A DNA stretch of 64,000 nt from positions 36,890,001-36,954,000 of the forward strand of contig NC_043007.1 in the NCBI RefSeq assembly GCF_006345805.1, given 5' to 3'. Made by a program: the position numbers and the translations under genes. The DNA comes from Octopus sinensis (lineage: Eukaryota). Shown here piece by piece: positions 38,840 through 51,215 of the stretch. Numbering within the stretch: the stretch's first letter is position 1; every line of letters starts with the position of its first letter. The notes beneath the pieces were generated by a model. The model worked only from the letters and a program-made list of their open reading frames with translations, had not been told where the DNA came from and did no database searches.

Positions 38840-39400
38840 ATAGACAGAACGCTATTAATATTGTTTAAAAAAAACGTTATATGATATACGTCATAAGTAG
38901 CTAACAGAAAGAGTAGGGATATTATAGTGAATGTTAAATATAAAGGAAATTAAAGTCTAAACTATATATAATGATAGAGACTACTTATATGCACTAAAGT
39001 ATGTTTTGCCAATGCTTACATCTGTATGCTCGTTCTATAACCGTGTTTACTAGTATTTTTAGAAAAAATAATGAAAAATAGCTCAGAATTGCAGAGAAGA
39101 CAGAATTTCTTGCCTTTGTCATATGGTATCGAATTGAGAGGATCAACCATTCCAAATGAAATTTTCATTGTGGTCTTTTAAATTCCAAATCAGTTTGCTG
39201 AGACCGGTACTATTCCGTTTATTTCTATCCCTAAATGTTGAGTAATGGATAGAAATTCTCTTAGATAACTGCTAACGATGTGCTTCCAATGTAAAATTGT
39301 ACTTTATTACGAGTACTGATTATACACTGGTATATAGAATTTTAATCTTAGAGTTACTTGACATAAATTTAATTCTATTGGGATTGACTTCAGATACAAT
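38840..39400 (-). mobile_element. Penelope-like GIY-YIG remnant, same family as 26520-26950
   Basis: 39085-39370 aligns by eye to the reverse complement of 26520-26800. Confidence 0.75.
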
Positions 39401-39515
39401 AACTATATATATATATATATATAGTTGAAATTTGCAGAAAAACAAAAGATGGAGACAGGTGTATAAACAGCAAGCAGGTTTATTAGCTTGACGCTCGGGA
39501 AGGTGAGAAAGTTTT

Positions 39516-39550
39516 TTTTACATTTCGAGCCTACGCTCTTCAACAGAAAG
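39516..39550 (-). ncRNA. Minimal hammerhead-like motif (A6U core variant)
   Basis: CUUU-CUGUUGA-A-GAGC(GUAG)GCUC-GAAA-U-GUA-AAA. Same repeat family as 13669-13706. Confidence 0.45.
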
Positions 39551-40381
39551 GAACACGAGGAAATAAACAGAGAAAATGAAAAAAAAAACATGTGGATTTA
39601 GCAGATATATATATATATATTTTTTTTTTTTTTATATTAATATTATTATATTGAAGATGCGGTACTCTCTCCCTTTGCTTTAACCTCTTCAATCTTTCTC
39701 CCTCCCCCTCCTCCTCTCTCTCGCCGCGTGTCCCCCTCCTCCTTCCTCTTCCTTGCCTATAAAACAAAATTCCTTTACACGTGGTTACCACTATTGAAAA
39801 GACTGCCTCCACGCGCTGCTACTACACTTTCGTCCTGCCAGCAAAAGGCTTCTTCGTTCGTCCCCTTGTGTGGTTAATTTCCTGTATAGTATTCTTGTTT
39901 TTCTCGTTTTGTAACTAATTGTACTTTTTGTACATGTATTTTTATTTTTGCAGTTTTATTGTTTGTCTATGCCAGAAAAGGCTTTTCGTTCGTCCTCTTG
40001 TGTTTGATTTTGTACATGTATTTTAATTTTGCAGTCTTATTGTTACGTCTTGTTTGTGTTCGTACTCATTGTGCCCCGCTGCTTGAAATTTTATTTTAAT
40101 TCTCTCGCAGGAGGCCTATTGGATTAGTGTTCTGTTATGCCTTCGAAACATGCCTGACTCCTCTAGCGACAGCTGATGACGGGGTTTTGTCCTTGTGTAA
40201 CCTGTCCTGTATTTGTTTTTCGTTTCCGTTTTCTTTGTTTTTTGTTTTTGCTTTTCTGTTTCTACGTCTTATTGTGATGTCCTGTACTTCCGTATAATTA
40301 TTTATATATGCATGTATATATACATGTAGATGTAGGTACGTACATATATGTTTGTATGTATGCATATATTTTTATTTATCT

Positions 40382-40416
<35 letters not shown>

Positions 40417-40577
40417 ATGTTTGTTTTTGTGTCAAGAATTACTTAAAAGTTTTGTAGGTAGAGTACGCTTATTAAACTTTTACAAGGTTTGACAGTGACT
40501 TCGAAGTTTGAGCTTGGTAGCTTTCACGTTCGCACGTATACTTACATGCAGATGTATGTATATCTGTCTGTCTGTCC

Positions 40578-40611
<34 letters not shown>

Positions 40612-40739
40612 CTACCAAACCATCAACTAGTTTTTCACATTGTTGCTACTTCACTTCAAGTTCTCTTTTGTTAGCCTTTCTCTCTCTCTTTCTCTTTTAT
40701 CTTTAGTCTACCCCCTCCAACCTTCTCTCCTTCTGAGTT

Positions 40740-41038
40740 GACATCCACCACCACCACCACCACCACCACCACCACAAAAGACAGGCCACTACATCTTTCA
40801 CTCATAAATCACCACCAGAGGCGTCCGAGAGGTGGAAAGGCTTTCATTAATCAATGTTGTGAAAGGAAATATGTCGGTGGCAACGCACATATTGCTGTTG
40901 GTGCTGGTGGCGTCGGGGATGACGGTGGTGTCGGTGATGACGGTGGTGGTGGTGGAGGTGGTGGTGGTGTGGTGATGGTGGCATTGGTGGTGGTGGTGAT
41001 GGTGTTGGTTGTTGGTAATGATGATGGTAATGATGGTG

Positions 41039-41077
<39 letters not shown>

Positions 41078-41225
41078 ATGATGATGATGATGATTATGAT
41101 GATTATGATGATGATGATGATGATGATTATGATGATGATGATGATGATGATGTTATGTTTGTTGGTAGTATTGATTGTTGTTGTTGTTGGTGGTGGTGTC
41201 GGTGTTATCAAGGATAGTGATGGCG
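40740..41225. repeat. (CAC)/(GGT)/(GAT)n compound microsatellite
   Basis: Directly visible. Confidence 0.95.
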
Positions 41226-41739
41226 GTGGTTGTATTGATCGAGAGCCATTGGCAATATAGTTTGTTATTGTGTCGTGGTCAATGTTTGTGTTGCTGTTAA
41301 AGCCCCAGGTCAACCTTAATAAGTATTCCGGTCGTGACCACCACCTCCTTTCAAAGTATGTCGGACTACCTTATCTAATGTGTTCCCCCAAGCTTATATA
41401 AAACCGTTTTGTGCGATTTGACGGTGATTTGGCTGTTATATTTAGCAGGCCATGTGACCACATAGAGGCACTGTCGTCGGCTTTTCTTACAGTAATAGAT
41501 ATTATTGATAAAACTGCTTAGCTCCCGGTTAGCAATGATGGAACTGACTCATTGTCAAGACGTTCCAGTTATGACCATCTCATCTCGCCTTTGCTATTGT
41601 TTATGTCGTAAGCGGTGTTATCGAGTACATTATTCTTGTAAGACGATAAGCAGTTGAGGGAATTCGGTTGCTATTTCTGGCATATCGAGCGACCACGTAT
41701 AGGTTTCTTCATTGATTTGTACTTGTTGTTACTGGCCGC

Positions 41740-41748
41740 AGCAGCAGC

Positions 41749-41790
<42 letters not shown>

Positions 41791-41941
41791 GGTGGGGATG
41801 GTTTTGGTGGTAGTGGTGTTGGTGGTAGTAGTAGTAGCAGTAGTGATCGTGGTGGTGGTGGTATTGGTGGTAGTGGGTGTGGTGGTAGTGGTGGTGGTGG
41901 TAGTAGTAGTAGTAGTGTTGGTGGTTTTGGTAGTAGTGGTG

Positions 41942-41973
<32 letters not shown>

Positions 41974-42001
41974 GGTATTGGTGGTAGTGGTGGTGGTGGT
42001 G

Positions 42002-42046
<45 letters not shown>

Positions 42047-42111
42047 TAGTAGTAGTAGTGTGGTGGTGCTGATGGTGATGGCGGTTACGATTTTGCAGAG
42101 CAGAAACAAAG

Positions 42112-42161
<50 letters not shown>

Positions 42162-42196
42162 CACTGCTGCTACTACTACTGCTGCTGCTGCTGCTG
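41740..42196. repeat. (GTA/GTG)n then (CTA/CTG)n microsatellite
   Basis: Directly visible. Confidence 0.95.
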
Positions 42197-42240
42197 AGTT
42201 GAGAAGTTCAATACAACTTAGTGTTGTGTTATATTTATAT

Positions 42241-42421
42241 TATTATCGCAGCGTTGCCAATAGCGACGGTCCAAACATGACCGAATTTTCTGCGTTTGAG
42301 CATGCGCACAAAAGGTTCCAATCGGTCTCCATATCGCCACGGCTTCCACCCCACCCCCACCCACGTCGTGTTTAAACCTCTTTTAGGAGTTTCTGTTTAG
42401 GTTTGGCCGTTGCTAGGTTAT
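42241..42421. promoter_or_regulatory. Candidate promoter (RFX X-box, NRF1-like, CCAAT and CACCC motifs)
   Basis: GTTGCC-AAT-AGCGAC 42253-42267, GAGCATGCGCAC 42298-42309, CCAATC at 42318, CCACCCCACCCCC near 42347 and GTTGCTAGG at 42409, all within a CpG-rich unique island. Confidence 0.5.
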
Positions 42422-42541
42422 TTATTTATTTACATATTTTTTAAATTTATTTATTTGTTTATGTTTTTGATTTTGTTTGTTTGTTTGCTTATTTGTTTAT
42501 TTCTTTCGTGGCAGAATGAGTTGGAGAGTGAAAGAGGGAAA

Positions 42542-42581
<40 letters not shown>

Positions 42582-42789
42582 AGAAAAGAATGAAAGAAAT
42601 ATAATAATAATATTGGTGGTAGGTGTTTTGGTACTAATAGAGTTGGAGGTGTTGGTGTTGGTGGTAGTTTTAGTGGTGGTGGTGGTGGTCGTGGTCGTGG
42701 CGGCGGCGGTGGTGTTGGTGATGGGGGTTGTTATAGTGATGGTTGTGGGGATGTTAGGTGTTAATTGGAAGGGTGGTTGTAGTGGTAGT

Positions 42790-43170
42790 GATTGAATGGT
42801 GGTGCTTGTATAGTGGTGGTGGTGGCAGTGGTGATGGTGGTGGTAATGGTGGTGGTGGTGGTGGTGGTGGTGGTGGTGATAGAATGGTAGTGCTTGTATA
42901 GTGGTGGTGGCAGTGGTGATGGTGGCAGTGGTGATGGTGGTGGGGTGGTGGTGGTGGTGGTGGTGGTGGTGGTGGTGATAGAATGGTAGTGCTTGTATAG
43001 TGGTGGTGGCAGTGGTGATGGTGGTGGCAGTGGTGATGGTGGTGGTGGTGGTGATAGAATGGTAGTGCTTGTATAGTGGTGGTGGCAGTGGTGATGGTGG
43101 CAGTGGTGATGGTGGTGGTGGTGGTGTGGTGGTGGTGGTGGGGTGATAGAATGGTAGTGCTTGTATAGTG
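42790..43170. repeat. VNTR: 25-bp core GATAGAATGGTAGTGCTTGTATAGT x5 with (GGT/GAT/GCA)n spacers
   Basis: Cores at 42790 (degenerate), 42878, 42977, 43053 and 43145. Confidence 0.85.
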
Positions 43171-43399
43171 GTGGTGGTGGTGCTGCTGCTGCTGGTTGTG
43201 GTGGTGCTGGTCAGTATTACACTGAAATATATCGGCTGATCGATCGGTGAAGTGGGTAAGTTTCTTTGTAAATCGCCTTCGTCGCATTTAACAATCATCA
43301 TCGTCATCATCATCGCTATCATCTGAGTGGAGGTGTCACTCTTGTCACCACTGTCACCACCACCACCACCACCACCACCATCATTGTCACGATCATCAT

Positions 43400-43614
43400 C
43401 ATATCACTATCAGCATCGTCGTCGTTGTCATCATCATGATCATCATCTCACTATCATCATCGTCTTCATCATCGTTGCCATCATCGTCATCATTGTCGTC
43501 GTCGTCGTCGTCGTCGTCATCATCATCATCATCATCACCATCATCATCACCACCATCATCATCATCATCATCATCATCGTCATCATCATCGTCATCATCG
43601 TCATCATCACCACC

Positions 43615-43668
<54 letters not shown>

Positions 43669-43720
43669 GTCATCATCACAACCACCATCATCATCATCAT
43701 CATCATCACGATCATCATTA
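43400..43720. repeat. (CAT/CGT/CAC)n microsatellite
   Basis: Directly visible. Confidence 0.95.
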
Positions 43721-44067
43721 CAGAATGAGTCAACGCTTTACACATGTGCTCCTCTTTGTGTCTGTTTCTGTCTGTCTGTCTGTATGTCTCTCTCTCTTTC
43801 TCTCCCTCTGAGTGCTTTTCTCTTTCTTTCACACAGATGAACTCCCCCACCACTTTCCTTCCCACCACTTTCCTTCCACCACTTTCCTTCCCACCACTTT
43901 TCCTCCCACCACTTTCCCTTTCGCACACACTCTCCCGCCTTTTCATTCTCTTTCCTCTCTGTCTCTTTTCCATACAGCCACACTATTCCTTTCCCCCCTT
44001 TCTCTGTCTTCTTATCCCCCTCTCTCTCTCTCTCTTCCTTTATCTCTGTCTCAGTCTCTACCTCTAT

Positions 44068-44094
44068 CTCTCACCCTCTGTGTCCCTATATCTG

Positions 44095-44137
<43 letters not shown>

Positions 44138-44444
44138 ATCTCTGTACCTCTTTCTCAGTTCGTACCTCTCTCTCTCACCCTCTCTGTTCCTATATTTGTC
44201 TCCCTCTATCACTCTCTGTCCCTATCTTCCAGTATTTATCAAATACAATTCTCCTCCACCTCTCACCCTCTGTGTCCCTATATCTGTCTGTCTGTCTCTC
44301 TCTCTCTCTTTCTTCTCTCTCTCTCTCTCTCTTTCTATCTCTGTACCTCTTTCTCAGTCCGTACTTCTCTCTCTCACCCTCTCTGTTCCTATATTTGTCT
44401 CCCTTTATCACTCTCTGTCCCTATCTTCCAGTATTTATCAAATA
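44068..44444 (+). repeat. Tandem duplication of a ~180-bp CT-rich unit
   Basis: 44068-44245 and 44260-44444 both end ...CCTATCTTCCAGTATTTATCAAATA. Confidence 0.8.
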
Positions 44445-44808
44445 AAATTTTCCTCCACTTATCTCTCTCCTTTCCTCCCTGTCTTGTACTTTTACTTTCT
44501 CTCAAATCACACGCTCCTCTTCACTCATATTCCCTCGCATACTCTCTTTCATACACATGATTTCTTTCTTTCTCTCTTCCTTTCACACACACACACGCAC
44601 ACACACACACACGCACGCACACACACACACAAACACATGTGCACACACACAGAGTGTCTCTCTCTATCTCCACGACTCTCTCTTTCTCTCTCTCACACAC
44701 ATACACATAGTGTCTCTCTCTCTATTACGACTCTCACACACACTGTTTTTATTTTTTGTCTCTCTGTCACTCTCACACACACATACACACTCCCTTTCAT
44801 ACATATTA

Positions 44809-44842
<34 letters not shown>

Positions 44843-44997
44843 CCACTCTCTCCTACTTTCTGAGGTTCTGTTGTAGTTATTTGTGCGTGTGTGTTATCTA
44901 AAATTATATAATAAGGGCAGATAAATATGATAGTCTACACTTCACATCTTTCCGCTGTAATATATTCACGTCAAACTTCTTGTTCTGTGAACACACG

Positions 44998-45034
<37 letters not shown>

Positions 45035-45106
45035 TCACACACATATTCACACACACTGACACACACACACACACTGACACACATATATACATACAAACAT
45101 ACACAC

Positions 45107-45189
<83 letters not shown>

Positions 45190-45351
45190 AATTGATCTGT
45201 CTGTCTGTGTATATAGTTAGTTTTATCACAACTGTCTGACGAGCGAGCACATGAAACTCCGAGCAACAATTTGTGAAGCCTTTCCCGGCTTTAATAAAAT
45301 AGTGTTTTGCTTTACCTTTTTTGGTATCTGTTTCGCTCTCTTACTTGTGAA

Positions 45352-45382
<31 letters not shown>

Positions 45383-45578
45383 TGTGTGTATGTGTGTGTG
45401 TGTGCGTATGTGAGTTTGCATGTGTGTATGTGTGTGCATATATATATATATATATAATAAAAGGGTAAATAATTTTTTCGATGGTTCTTCAGACAACCAA
45501 CAATTATTTACCGGTAGATTTCGGTATGTAAATATGACTTTTAGCGTCGGGAACTTCTGTAGAGTTCAGTATATATAG

Positions 45579-46019
45579 TATATAAGTAAAAGGGCAGGCA
45601 ACAAGTTGCTCTGCCGCATACCGAAAGAATTAGAAATGGCAGTCAAAGACTGTTTATTTCCATTTCCTACAAGTGGGGGCTCCATATACGACATAACCCT
45701 GCGATTCACATACGCAAAATCGGAGTAGCAAATAAACGAAAACAATGCCTTACCGTTAATGGTGAACGTGTTTCTAGATCGTAGGCGAGAAATTGCCTAA
45801 AGTCTTTCTTCAGCACCATCTTCGTTAGATTTATCAAATGCCACCAGCCTCCACCTCTGACCAGGCGTCATCAAATAGTGGGGGGGGGGGGGTGTGCATA
45901 GGTTAAAACTAAGTAAACGACTGAGACCGTAAATTGTAGGAAATGGAAATAAACAGTCTTTGACTGCCATTTCTAATTCTTTCGGTATGCGGCAGAGCAA
46001 CCTGTTGCCTGCCCTTTTA

Positions 46020-46027
<8 letters not shown>
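45579..46027. mobile_element. Inverted-repeat-bounded Penelope-like cassette
   Basis: 94-bp arms at 45579-45672 and 45934-46027 with 1 mismatch, and a 261-bp spacer containing a hammerhead motif. Confidence 0.75.
45758..45820 (-). ncRNA. Type I hammerhead ribozyme candidate
   Basis: GAUGGUG-CUGAAGA-A-AGA..UAGGC(AAUUUCUC)GCCUA..UCU-A-GAAA-CAC-GUU-CACCAUU. It has a 7-bp stem I, a canonical core and a minimal stem III. Predicted cleavage is between 45765 and 45764. Confidence 0.65.
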
Positions 46028-46102
<75 letters not shown>

Positions 46103-46125
46103 AAAACTAAAAAAATATATACAAA

Positions 46126-46260
46126 CTGGGACAAGAACGTGAAACACCTAGAAGACGACACAAGAAACACAGGACGGGACATTCGAAGCCCTCAATCATC
46201 AGTCAAGAACCGGATCATCTTCGCAATTTCGGCTGATTAATCTTGAGATTGCTCCGATCT
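46126..46260 (-). mobile_element. Penelope-like terminal fragment (family shared with 2076-2230 and 26260-26310)
   Basis: GGTTCTTGACTGATGA...CTTCGAATG..CCGTCC...GTTCTTGTCCC is shared among the three sites. Confidence 0.5.
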
Positions 46261-46393
46261 GGGCAGCCCCCAAGGGAATTCTAAGCCAAGCGCATTAGAT
46301 CCCTTGGAAGAAAGCCTCGAATGTATACAACACAAGGAAGGAAAACGGACGATGTACACGAATAAAAATACAAAAATACGTAAATATATATAT

Positions 46394-46488
<95 letters not shown>

Positions 46489-46985
46489 ACGAGCAAAAAG
46501 CCCCCCGTCCAATGGACAGTGCTGAGTTGTCAAACATTTATGCCAAATTTTCTCAAAACAACTTGTCCGACTGTCCCATAGCCCCCCCCCCCTGAAAAAA
46601 CCGATTTAACCTAAATTTGAGACACCAGCAAAAGAAGAGATAAAGATAGACGTTTTTTCTATCCCAAAGAAAAACGATTTTATTCACACAAATATGCACA
46701 AAAATATGCAACCGAAGAATTGTAAGAACCAGTAATGATAAGGCTGTTGACTGGGAGAACACAAACATGGTTTAAACAGTTCTTTTCATTAAAAAATAAT
46801 TAAGTATGCCTTTATTTCAATAAAATTTTTGGTTTTGTTAAACGAAGTTAAAGCAAAAGAAAAAAAAACTTCTTGAGAAACCAAATAGTCTTTCCTTCTT
46901 TCATGCCAAGTTTGAAGAAAATATCTCTTTTGCATCTTACTTTTTGGTCTCTTAAATATACTGCATTTTGTGGCATTATTTTAAG

Positions 46986-47234
46986 CTAGCCGGCTTTTTT
47001 GCGCAAACTGCACCTGCACTTTTCTCGCGTACACGTAGTATCGATCGCAACAGCTGATGTACTTGCACGTACAAATGCACGTTCCCACGGCTTTATCGAT
47101 CGCATTCTCACCTGGAATCGATTTTTGTAATTTTTTCAAGACGTATACACGCCCTGAGCGCAATCGGATGGAGGATGCCCGAGATCCTAGAAGACACACA
47201 GACAGACAGACAGAACGGATTTTATATAATAGAT
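46986..47234 (-). mobile_element. Possible non-autonomous Helitron
   Basis: The minus strand starts A|TCTATTATATAAAA (similar to 51262) and has an (ACAG)n tract. CTAG lies at 46986. No clear 3' hairpin. Confidence 0.4.
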
Positions 47235-47257
47235 ATACACATGCGCGCGCACACAAA

Positions 47258-47309
<52 letters not shown>

Positions 47310-47650
47310 GATCATTTCAGCCTGGTTGCCAATTTTCGAAAATTTCCCCAAAAAATTTATAAAAGTTACAGAGGTTTAAAGTTTGATAATTTTCACTCAG
47401 TCAGAAAACAGGATTTGGAAGCTGTCATTTTGTGCGTGACAGCACGTGTTGTCAACTGTAAACAAAAGGAATATTGGCGGAATTCTGATTTATGCATGCC
47501 ATATAACCCTTCATAACTTTTTCTGCTTCGGGGAATTTTCACAAAATTTTTGCAAATTTGTATTCTACACTCAGGAATTCATATCAAAACAAAAAATTTG
47601 GGGGTGCGTGATTTAAGGACTATTTAGCTGTTATTTTTAGTACATCTACC

Positions 47651-47929
47651 TATTTCTTTACAACCCACAAGGGGCTAAACACAGAGAGGACAAACAAGGA
47701 CAGACAAACGGATTAAGTCGATTATATCGACCCCAGTGCGTAACTGGTACTTATGTAATCGACCCCGAAAGGATGAAAGGCAAAGTCGACCTCGGCGGAA
47801 TTTGAGCTCAGGACGTAACGGCAGACAAAATACGGCTACGCATTTCGCCCGACGTGCTAACGATTCTGCCAGCTCAGCAGACGAAATACCGCTTAGCATT
47901 TCGCCCGGCGTGCTAACGTTTCTGCCAGC
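47651..47929 (-). mobile_element. SINE B1 with a duplicated 5' head, 13-bp TSD
   Basis: TAGTACATCTACC at 47638-47650 and 47930-47942. Confidence 0.9.
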
Positions 47930-49129
47930 TAGTACATCTACCATCACCTCAATGAGTTGAATATATTTGTCAACACGTGCTTTCTCGTTGACAAAATAGT
48001 TCTCATGCTTGACTTGTTACTATGGAAACAGACATGAACGTGACTGTGGCTTACGATTGGCTAAAATTACCCCAAGTTTGCAAACTTTAAAACCTATTAA
48101 CTTTAATTATTGACTTATGGAGAAAATGAATTTCAACGCATTGATTAACATATAAAAGTATATCTTCACAGCCGAATATGAAATCAATTGTAACAGTTGA
48201 TGGGATTGGCAGCCAAGCAGGAAAGATTCATATGTATACAGTACCAGTGGCGGCTTGTGTATAGGCACTGCGGAACTGCAGTACCCACCATTTCCAGTTG
48301 ATATGATCGATAACATTCAATACAATGAGTCCTTTTTTCTTTAATTCTTTCTTTATACTTGTACATTATATAATCCTGAAGCTTAATGTCAGTAGCCATC
48401 TCGTAGTTTACGACAAAAATGCAAACATCCTTGTATAGAACTGTGCACTCCACAGTTCCAGCGACGCGGAGTTTGGCTGTTGTCCCCATGCTCACATATC
48501 CGAGATAGGAAACTTCACGCTAGGGAGAGAGAGTGCTGTCGTTCACGTAGCGCCGGTGAAAGGTAGTGTTTCTTTTTAACTCCGCGTGTGTTGTTCTTAA
48601 AAACGTGTTTACATTCTTGAATGTGATAAAGTATAGAATTAGATTATTATCCCGCTTCCAGCTGCAGTGTTGCTGTCAGGATTTGAAAAATAGGGCAGAT
48701 TCCCCGCCCCCGCCGTATGTTTTGATTTAGGGGGATTTTTCAAAAACAAGGGGGAATTCGCGGCGGTGTTCAGTGAACAAATTAAACACATTACTCGGCA
48801 GTGGCTAAAACACGAACCGATCAAGTTTATGTATAAATATTCTTTTTATGTTTGTTTCCTTTCACACAATATCAAAACAACGGCTAAAATTTTTCTGATG
48901 TTATCTACGAGGCGCCTCTGTACATACACGCACACACACACACATACACACCATGAAATACTCTATTCATTGACAAGGTAAATATAAATCATAAAATTAA
49001 AAATTAATTATAACATTTAAAGAGCATATAATATTAATTCCCTGTTTATTATAAAAGTGCTAACTGCATAGAATTAAATGTATAATTCACCACATAGCTA
49101 ATATTTTAGCACAATTTTCAAGTTAGTGC

Positions 49130-49160
<31 letters not shown>

Positions 49161-50447
49161 TGTATGTATGTATGTATGTATGTATGTATGTATGTATGTA
49201 TGTATGTATGTATGTATGTATGTATGTGTGTATGTGTGTGTAGACACTGTAAGAAGCAGCTGTAATTAACCGATGTCATTCAAAAATTTGGTGAAGCTCC
49301 AAAAGGCATTTTATTTAGTATCATAAGCAATAATTTGATAAAGTTATGATAATTTTCTGATAAATTTATGATAATTCTATCATAAGCAATAATTTTATTT
49401 AGTATCAATAAATAATAATTTCTGCCTTTTAGTTTTTTTTTGTCTGTATCCAATGATGAAGTTTGTACGCGTGTGTGTCACAGTGTATATTCTGGCGATT
49501 GAGTTCACTTTCAGGCACATTTTAATTCACATGAATTATGGAATACTAGCGGAACCCGTGAGTATTTAACTTATTGAGTTATTTCTGAAAACTTTATCCA
49601 AAAAACTTGAAGGCGTAACCTACGTTGTGTCTGTATCAAAAGATAGTCGCTCATTTGCTAATCATTGAAAAGTGAAGGAAATTGGAATATGATGATTACT
49701 TAATGCACTTTATATATACACTTTATATACTTTATGCACAATTTTATAGACTTAATACACTACACTCTCCCACTTTCTCACTCACTCTTCGCATTATCCT
49801 CTTTTCCTCCTTTTTTTCTTTCGCTCTCCGCCTTTCCTTTCAACTAATCACGTGAAGGCGATCCAGACGGGCTAACTAACGGAGAAAAACACTTAGTTAA
49901 AAAAAATACACATTTCACTCACTACCACCTCTTACCCGCTCCTCAACTAATCACGTAGAAGCGCTACGGACGGGCTAAGTAACGGAGTGACAAGGAGAAT
50001 TTTTATTAGAATATACTTATATAAAGAAAATATGTATACATTAGTGTGTATGTTCGTGTGTGTGTCTGTGTGCATGTATGTATGCATGTATCTATGTATA
50101 TATATATATTTGTGTATTTAGGCTACCATTGGTTTTATGTAAATAAAAATATATTAACAATTTTTCAGACCGATCCAAAATGGAGACGAATATCACTCCT
50201 CCATGTGTTCAGGTTGGAAAATTAAGATATTTTTCCCACATGAAACCAATGGTAGTCTTAATACACAAATAAAGAAATTTTATCCACCACTCATTCTCGT
50301 TGTTCGACCTTTATGTATGTATGTATGTATGTATGTATGTATGTATGTATGTGTATGTATGTATGTATGTATGTATGTATGTATGTGTATGTATGTATGT
50401 ATGTATGTACGTATGTATGTATGTATATATGTATGTATGCATGTATG

Positions 50448-50516
<69 letters not shown>

Positions 50517-50660
50517 AATATTAGAGAGTGACCACTATGTGGTTTACTCTAGTGCTAAAAATAGCTCCGCTAATGGTATAGCCACTAAAAGTTGTTTCCA
50601 AGAAGAAATACCGCTACATTTAACGTAAGGTAAGTGAAACACAACGAAAAAATAGATTAA

Positions 50661-50733
50661 CCCTGAACAAATGTTTCATTATTAATGTAATATGCAATTT
50701 TACTTACATAACATCCATAAATCTTCAGCAGAG
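50661..50733 (-). ncRNA. Type I hammerhead ribozyme candidate, copy 1
   Basis: CUCUG-CUGAAGA-[long AU-rich stem II]-GAAA-CAUUU-GUU-CAGGG. Confidence 0.55.
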
Positions 50734-51142
50734 GTTTGTCTTAAATACAATTTATTAAGTCGCATCGAGCGTCAAATACACGCGCGGTTTAATCGATTGT
50801 ATTCGTAGTTATGATTCAAATTTCCCCGCCAAAAGAGCGATAAGACTTACTGGAAACGAGTACTGCATAAAATATTTACTGCAGTATAATTAAATTTATA
50901 AATTAGGGTGAAAATTTGATATTAATTTAATAATACCATCAATTTAACACCAAGTGGCTTAGCACATAAAAACCAAGGGAAAAATACAAATTTATACATA
51001 AATATTAGAGTGACCACTATGTGGTTCACTCTAGTGCTAAAAATAGCTCCGCTAATGGTATAGCCACTAAAAGTTGTTTCCAAGAAGAAATACCACTACA
51101 TTTAACGTAAGGTAAGTGAAACACAACGAAAAAATAGATTAA

Positions 51143-51215
51143 CCCTGAACAATTGTTTCATTATTAATGTAATATGCAATTTTACTTACATAACATCCAT
51201 AAATCTTCAGCAGAA
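51143..51215 (-). ncRNA. Type I hammerhead ribozyme candidate, copy 2
   Basis: UUCUG-CUGAAGA-[stem II]-GAAA-CAAUU-GUU-CAGGG, with a palindromic stem III (AACAAUUGUU). Confidence 0.6.

Noticed and set aside
42790-43170. CRISPR-like array (constant repeat with variable spacers)
   Set aside because: The spacers are GGT/GAT microsatellite derivatives of each other, there are no cas genes, and the context is eukaryotic. It is a VNTR.
42489-44876. Long ORFs (277 aa, 233 aa, 354 aa and others)
   Set aside because: These are translations of triplet and CT microsatellites that lack stop codons. The same applies to the many YI/HT/CV-rich ORFs elsewhere.
48184-48495. 103-aa ORF or hAT transposase C-terminus
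   Set aside because: Only vague motif resemblance (CAGTGGCG end, SMG..). Not supportable without a search.
49543-50015. Third Helitron-like element
   Set aside because: A CTAG-type end and a TA-rich end are only partly recognisable, with no hairpin, so it was not called.
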